Below, in pieces: positions 63,970-64,000 of a stretch of DNA of 64,000 nucleotides (positions are counted from its first letter, which is position 1; the number at the start of each line of letters is the position of its first letter). The DNA is from a virus (lineage: Duplodnaviria; Heunggongvirae; Uroviricota; Caudoviricetes), in IMG/VR virus record IMGVR_UViG_3300031952_000006; one strand, given 5' to 3'. A program made the translations under genes and the position numbers. The notes below the pieces were generated by a model, which made no database searches, was not told where the DNA came from, and saw nothing but the letters and a program-made list of their open reading frames with translations.

Positions 63970-64000
63970 TAAATTAAATACGAAACATTGTCTTAGAGTA

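Noticed and set aside
1-64000. Looked for CRISPR arrays, rRNA, integrase or attachment sites, and large direct or tandem DNA repeats.
   Set aside because: None was seen. The only repeats are short palindromes and terminators, the protein-level motif repeats, and the paralogous RNA inserts reported above.

Overview
AT-rich (~34% GC) window with almost all genes on the + strand, standard genetic code and strong Shine-Dalgarno sites. It reads as a contiguous piece of a large tailed-phage or prophage genome. There are five parts. (i) 1-9.4 kb: a sugar-modification and glycan-transfer cluster (three SAM methyltransferases, GT2, NeuD/PglD-like acyltransferase, DegT aminotransferase, asparagine-synthetase-like amidotransferase, two SDR sugar reductase/epimerases, an MptE/Maf-like DUF115 protein). 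(ii) 9.5-25.4 kb: six co-oriented very large S/T/N/Y-rich tail-fibre-like proteins, closed by a bidirectional terminator. (iii) 25.6-39.5 kb: small accessory genes including an RHH regulator with a translationally coupled JAB/MPN + E1-like (ThiF) pair, an HD-GYP phosphodiesterase, a secreted EEP nuclease, a nitroreductase and a minus-strand island. (iv) 39.5-45.6 kb: an RNA-rich region with an attenuator-like leader, an ORF-free structured segment, tRNAs (two carrying homologous ~70-nt inserts), an HNH homing endonuclease interrupted by one in-frame TGA, a tRNA with anticodon UUA embedded in a long stem, and a Y-RNA-like long stem enclosing a permuted tRNA-like module immediately upstream of a Ro60 (TROVE+vWA) orthologue. 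(v) 47-64 kb: early or replication-type genes (SPFH, ferredoxin, HNH, PIF1-like helicase, vWA protein, adenylosuccinate-synthetase-like PurA/PurZ). No capsid, portal, terminase, integrase, CRISPR or rRNA was recognised. All RNA structures were folded by eye and all family assignments rest on motifs read from the translations. Both need computational confirmation.
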